Source: Candidatus Binatia bacterium | Lineage (GTDB): Bacteria; Desulfobacterota; Binatia; UBA9968; JAJDTQ01 | Assembly: GCA_951813575.1 (NCBI GenBank) | Contig: OX638375.1 | Coordinates: 3,882,752 to 3,946,751 of the forward strand | DNA: 64,000 nt | Reading direction: 5' to 3' | Position numbers and translations under genes: made by a program | In this document: positions 59,359 through 64,000 of the stretch, one piece after another | How the letters are laid out: each line of letters starts with the position of its first letter | Numbering within the stretch: position 1 is the first letter of the stretch | The notes under the pieces: generated by a model | What the model saw: only the letters and a program-made list of their open reading frames with translations | What the model was told of the DNA's origin: nothing | Databases searched by the model: none

Positions 59359-60480
59359 ATGGATTTACGACTCACTGAAGACCAGGAAATGTTCAAGAAG
59401 GTGGCCGCGGACTTCGTCCAGGCGGAGGCGCCGACCACCATGCTGACCCAGCAGTTCCTCAAGAAGGAGACCTTCCTGCCGGATCTGTACGCCAAGATCG
59501 CCGGGTTGGGCTGGCTCGGCATGCTCATGCCCGAGCAGTACGGCGGCGCGGGGCTGTCCTACCTGGACTGCGGCGTGGTGTTCGAGGAGCTCGGGCGGGC
59601 GCCGGTGCCCGGGCCGGTCTTCTCGTCCGGTGTGCTGGCGGCCCAGATGGTCCACGACGGCGGCTCGGACGCCCAGAAGCAGGAACTGCTGCCGGCCATC
59701 TGCGGCGGCGAGGCCATCGTGATCCCGGCCATCGGCGACCACGGCGCCCACTGGGGGCCGGAGACGGTGGCCACCACGTGCTCGCAGTCCGGCGACACGC
59801 TGACTCTCCAGGGTACCAAGCGCCATGTCTACGACGCCGAGGGCGCCACGGCCTTCCTGTGCGCGGTCCGCGGCGGCGACGGCGGGGTGTCGGTGGTGCT
59901 GGTGGACCGGAACGCGCCGGGGGTGACGGTGACGCCGCACAACGGTTTCATGGTGTCGGTGAGCGAGGTCTCCTTCGACGGCGTCGAGGTGCCGGCCGGA
60001 AACCTCATCGGCGCCGCGGGCGCGGGCTGGGCGCTGTTCGACCAGGCCGCGGAGCGGGCCATCCCCATCCTGTGCGCCTACAAGGTGGGGGCGTGCCAGG
60101 AGATCTATGAGTTCACGGTGCGGTACACCAACGAGCGCCGCGCCTTCGGCCAGCTCATCGGCCGTTTCCAGCGGGTCCAGGACCACTGCGTGGAGCTTTC
60201 GATCCACATGGACCGGGCGCGGATGGCCACCTACGAGACCCTGTGGGAGCTCGACGAGGGAATGCCCGCCGAAGCCGGCATCCACGAGTCCAAGGCCGCG
60301 GCCAGCGAGGGCTACCACCAGGCGTGCAGCTACTCGCACATGGTGCACGCCGGCCCCGGCACGGATTATCTGCACCCGCTGATGGTGCACAGCGTGCTGG
60401 CGCACACGCTGTACCAGTACCTGGGCACGCCGGACTATCACAAGCGCCGCATGGTCGACGCCCTCTATCCAGGCGCGTAA
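59359..60480 (+). CDS. Acyl-CoA dehydrogenase family protein (short partner subunit type)
   Basis: LTEDQEMF, PEQYGGAG, EELGRAPVPGP and RRAFGQLIGRFQRVQ; lacks the TEPxxGSD motif. Confidence 0.85.
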   Translation: MDLRLTEDQEMFKKVAADFVQAEAPTTMLTQQFLKKETFLPDLYAKIAGLGWLGMLMPEQYGGAGLSYLDCGVVFEELGRAPVPGPVFSSGVLAAQMVHDGGSDAQKQELLPAICGGEAIVIPAIGDHGAHWGPETVATTCSQSGDTLTLQGTKRHVYDAEGATAFLCAVRGGDGGVSVVLVDRNAPGVTVTPHNGFMVSVSEVSFDGVEVPAGNLIGAAGAGWALFDQAAERAIPILCAYKVGACQEIYEFTVRYTNERRAFGQLIGRFQRVQDHCVELSIHMDRARMATYETLWELDEGMPAEAGIHESKAAASEGYHQACSYSHMVHAGPGTDYLHPLMVHSVLAHTLYQYLGTPDYHKRRMVDALYPGA

Positions 60481-60603
60481 GGGGTTTTGAGTCTTGGGGG
60501 CGGGTTTTGACCCGCCCGGGTTGAGGAACGGGAAGAAGCAGGTGAATATCGGGTTCATCGGTAACGGGTCGTTCCGTGAGACGCACGGAGAAAGGAATCC
60601 GCC

Positions 60604-61653
60604 ATGAGAAAGATACGCTTTGCCATCGCCGTCTTGTTCGTCCTCCTGCTTGCCGGCCAGGCGGCCGCGCAGGACGTAAACTTCAAGGGCAAGACCGTCA
60701 ACCTCATCGTCGGCACCGGCGCCGGCGGCGGTTATGACATCATCGCCCGCCTGTTCGCCAAGGTGGCCCCCAAGCACTTGCCGGGCAGTCCCCGGTTCAT
60801 CGTACGCAACGTTCCCGGCGGCGCCGGCCTCAAGGGAACTCAGTACATTAACCGCAGGAAGCCGGACGGTCTCACCGTCGGTCCTCACTTCACCAGCCTG
60901 GTGATGAAGGAGCTGGCGGGCGTGGACGTGCCGGGCTTCAACGTCAAGGACCTCATCATCCTCGGAGCGCCCACGCTGGTGGACGACAGCTACACCATCT
61001 GCGCCGACCGGAAGGTCGTCAAGTCCTGGGAAGACATGCTCAAGATGGGCCGGCCCCTGCGCATGGCGTCGCAAAGGCCCGGCATCGGCCGGGTCCCCAT
61101 GGGCGGCGAGTTCGTGCAGCTCGTGGGCGGTCCCATGAAACTCATCTACGGCTACAAGTCCACCGCCGAGGAGTTGGCGGCCTTTGCCCGCGGCGAGACC
61201 GAGGTGGTGACCTGCCTCGAGCGCCGCTTGCCGCGCATGTATCCGGAGCTGGTGGAGAAGAAGCGGCTGCTGCCGATATTCTGGTGGAACGCTCCGCCGA
61301 GCGAGGGGTGGATGAAGCGGCTGGAAGCCAAGGTGCCGCGCAACATCCTCAAGCTGCCCGGTCTCAAGATCAGCGAGTCCCAGAAGTTGGCGTTCAACAC
61401 GGCCGTGAACATTCACCAGTCCCTGAGGGCCTTCATGCTTCCGCCGAAGACGCCCCAGCCCATCGTCGACACCTGGCGCAAGGCGTTCAAGGCCACCATC
61501 GAGGACCCGGAGTTCGTGAAGATCGCCACCGTCGCCGGCTACGACGTGGGCTACGGCTCTCCGGAGCATTACGAGAAACAGCTCGCCACCATCAAGGATC
61601 TGCCTCCTGACGGCGCGCTGTTCTTCCAGAAGCTGATGGGCGAGAAGCGCTAG
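60604..61653 (+). CDS. TctC/Bug-like substrate-binding protein
   Basis: Signal peptide, FKGKTV, AGGGYDIIAR and RNVPGGAG. Confidence 0.85.
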   Translation: MRKIRFAIAVLFVLLLAGQAAAQDVNFKGKTVNLIVGTGAGGGYDIIARLFAKVAPKHLPGSPRFIVRNVPGGAGLKGTQYINRRKPDGLTVGPHFTSLVMKELAGVDVPGFNVKDLIILGAPTLVDDSYTICADRKVVKSWEDMLKMGRPLRMASQRPGIGRVPMGGEFVQLVGGPMKLIYGYKSTAEELAAFARGETEVVTCLERRLPRMYPELVEKKRLLPIFWWNAPPSEGWMKRLEAKVPRNILKLPGLKISESQKLAFNTAVNIHQSLRAFMLPPKTPQPIVDTWRKAFKATIEDPEFVKIATVAGYDVGYGSPEHYEKQLATIKDLPPDGALFFQKLMGEKR

Positions 61654-61684
61654 GAGCCGGTGCGGTCATGGGATCGTGGCGGCG

Positions 61685-61762
61685 GTAGGGCGACCAGCGG
61701 GTCAGCCCTACACGGATCCAACGCGGCGTAGGCATGTAGGGGCGACCGGCGGTCGCCCCTAC
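61685..61762. repeat. Two GTAG...CTAC REP-like palindromes
   Basis: GTAGGGCGACCAGCGGGTCAGCCCTAC and GTAGGGGCGACCGGCGGTCGCCCCTAC. Confidence 0.65.
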
Positions 61763-61838
61763 CTGGGTCACCGCAGCGTAGCTTGCCAATGTTGCGGGCG
61801 CGGGTTCCGGGACGTGGGTCTCTCGCCGGGAGTCTTCA

Positions 61839-63995
61839 ATGCTCGAAGCTTCCGTTGACGCTTTCTTTCATCTGTTCTCGCCGGGGCCGCTCCTCGCGAT
61901 GCTCCTGGTGCTGCCGGTTGCGCTGTTCTCCGGGCTCATGCCCGGAGGCGGCCTGCCGGTGTCCGTGGTGGTCCTGAGCCTGGCGGTCCACCTCGACCCC
62001 TGGGTCGCCATCACCATCGTGGTGTTCCACATGGCGGCCAGCGACATCACCGAGCCCATCCCTGCCATCCTCTTCGGTGTGCCCGGCGCCCGTTCCGCCC
62101 AGGCCACCGTGCTCGACGGCTACCCCATGGCCCAGCAGGGCCTGGCCGGGGTCGCCCTGGGCGCGAGCTACACCACCACCATCGTGGGCGGAGTCATCGG
62201 CGCCATCGCACTGCTGCTGGCGCTGCCGGTTAGCCGGCAACTCCTGGAGTGGTTCGGCTCGGCCGAGTTCTTCCTGCTGACCCTCATGGGGGTGATGGCG
62301 GTGGCCGTGGTCAGCGCCGGGGCCTTCGTCAAGGGCATCCTCACCGCGGCCTTCGGCATCGCCATCGCCATGGTGGGCTACGCCGACCTGGGCGGCAACG
62401 TGCGCGCCGCCATGGGGTTCGACTTCTACCTGTGGGACGGCTTCGGGCTGGTGCCGGTGGTGGTGGGCCTGTTCGCGCTGCCCGAGGCCATCGCCCTGGT
62501 GGTGGGGGACACCACCATCGCCCGGGCGCGGCTGGACACGCTCTTGCGGGAGGCCAAGGCGGACGTGTGGCGCGGCATGTGGGAGGCCTGGAACCACAAG
62601 TGGCTGATGGCGCGGTCGTCGCTCATCGGCGTGTTCGTGGGCATCATGCCCGGGGTCGGCGGCAGCGCGGCCCACTGGATCGCCTACGCCCAGGCGCGCC
62701 AGACCGAGCCCGGCGGCACCGAGACCTTCGGCAAGGGCGACGTCCGCGGCGTCATCGCCTCCGACGCCGCCAACAACTCGGTGGACGGCGGCGTGCTCAT
62801 CCCCACCGTGGTGTTCGGCATTCCCGGCAGCGGCGGCATGGCCATTGTCCTTGCCATCCTCATTCTCACCGGGATCACCCCGGGCCCGCTCATGCTCACG
62901 CAGCACCTCGACCTCACCGTGAGCATGGTCTACACCATCGCCTTCGCCAACCTGGTCGTCGTGCCCATCATGTTGGCCTTCGCCCCGACCCTCTGCCGCA
63001 TCGCGGTGATTCCGCCCAACATCCTGGCGCCGGTGGTGGTGGGCATCGTCTCCCTGGCGGCGTTGGCGGCCAGCGGCTCTCTGGGCGACCTGGGGGCGGT
63101 GCTGGCCTTCGGCCTGCTGGGCGTCTTCATGAAGCGCTACGGCTGGCCCAGGCCGCCCATCCTCATCGCCGTGGCGCTGGCGGACATCCTGGAGCGGTTC
63201 CTGTGGATCTCGGTGAGCAACTACGGCTGGGGAATGCTCCTGCGGCCCCAGTTCCTGGTCATCCTCGCATTCATGATCGCGGTGACCCTGTTCAGCCTGC
63301 GGGCCCAGCGCGGCGCCCGGCAGGCCATGATGTCCATGACCGAGGGGGAGGAGTCCGGGCAGGTGACGGCGGCAGGGGACACGCCGGCAGCTGTTGACGC
63401 GGCGGGATCTCGGGAGGGTCTGGATGATGCAGCAGTCCGGGACATCGCGGCGGAATCACCGGCAGCCGGCGACAAGGACGGAGATAGTTCGCTCAAGCGC
63501 CGCTTCACCCTCGAGGTCGCCGGAGAGGCCGTGCTCCTGCTCGCGGTGGGCGCGTTCTTCCTCTACATGTTCATCGATTCGTTCAGTTATCCGGAAGGCG
63601 CCGACCTGATGCCGAGGCTCGCGGTGCTGGTGGGGACGCCGTTCTGGCTCATCCGCGCGTGGACCCTGTTGAGCGGCACTCCGGAAAAGCGCATCGAGGA
63701 AGGCGACATCATGGACACGGGCTTCATCCTCGGGGACGATCCCAAGACCGAGAGCCAGCGGTTCGTGCGCATCTTCGGCTTCACCGCGCTCATGTACGTG
63801 GCCATCTGGCTCATCGGCGTGCACGTGGCCCTGCCGGGAATGCTCTTCCTCTACTTGATGTACTACGGCAAGGCCGGCTGGCTGGTTTCCGCGGGCATCG
63901 CCCTGGCATTCCTGGCGCTGATCGTCGGCTTCTACGACATCGCCCTGCACATCGTCTGGCCCGAGGCGCCCTTCGGCCTCTGGCCGACGGGGTAG
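61839..63995 (+). CDS. tctA: TctA permease fused to a C-terminal TctB-like domain
   Basis: ATVLDGYPMAQQG, GVIASDAANNS and FGIPGSGG in the first 500 or so residues, then an acidic linker and a hydrophobic domain ending YDIALHIVWP like the 32024 TctB. Confidence 0.85.
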   Translation: MLEASVDAFFHLFSPGPLLAMLLVLPVALFSGLMPGGGLPVSVVVLSLAVHLDPWVAITIVVFHMAASDITEPIPAILFGVPGARSAQATVLDGYPMAQQGLAGVALGASYTTTIVGGVIGAIALLLALPVSRQLLEWFGSAEFFLLTLMGVMAVAVVSAGAFVKGILTAAFGIAIAMVGYADLGGNVRAAMGFDFYLWDGFGLVPVVVGLFALPEAIALVVGDTTIARARLDTLLREAKADVWRGMWEAWNHKWLMARSSLIGVFVGIMPGVGGSAAHWIAYAQARQTEPGGTETFGKGDVRGVIASDAANNSVDGGVLIPTVVFGIPGSGGMAIVLAILILTGITPGPLMLTQHLDLTVSMVYTIAFANLVVVPIMLAFAPTLCRIAVIPPNILAPVVVGIVSLAALAASGSLGDLGAVLAFGLLGVFMKRYGWPRPPILIAVALADILERFLWISVSNYGWGMLLRPQFLVILAFMIAVTLFSLRAQRGARQAMMSMTEGEESGQVTAAGDTPAAVDAAGSREGLDDAAVRDIAAESPAAGDKDGDSSLKRRFTLEVAGEAVLLLAVGAFFLYMFIDSFSYPEGADLMPRLAVLVGTPFWLIRAWTLLSGTPEKRIEEGDIMDTGFILGDDPKTESQRFVRIFGFTALMYVAIWLIGVHVALPGMLFLYLMYYGKAGWLVSAGIALAFLALIVGFYDIALHIVWPEAPFGLWPTG

Positions 63996-64000
63996 GGCGG

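Overview
High-GC bacterial chromosomal segment with about 55 protein genes. I found no rRNA, tRNA or CRISPR array. Gene content is dominated by catabolic and uptake functions: tripartite tricarboxylate transporters, cupin, TauD, IPNS and NicX-like oxygenases, three heme-oxygenase-like diiron (PqqC/CADD-type) proteins, a UbiD decarboxylase, a hydantoinase/carboxylase cluster, amidohydrolases and acyl-CoA enzymes. glnS and some toxin-antitoxin and Fic genes are also present. The strongest non-ORF signal is an IS110 element (29808-30993) inserted into a 27-bp REP-like palindrome. Its left non-coding end folds into a three-part RNA whose internal loops carry guide segments matching both the REP target and the element's own end junction, so it reads as a candidate bridge RNA, and a promoter forms only across the circle junction. 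The bridge mechanism is established for IS621; this target specificity looks different. Other highlights are a UGSC selenoprotein split by an in-frame UGA with a SECIS-like hairpin (56339-56929), tandem arrays built from the outer ends of REP doublets, a 159-bp TA-flanked MITE, and a recurrent HDO-cupin-TTT gene module. All product calls are from motif recognition by eye; no database searches were run.
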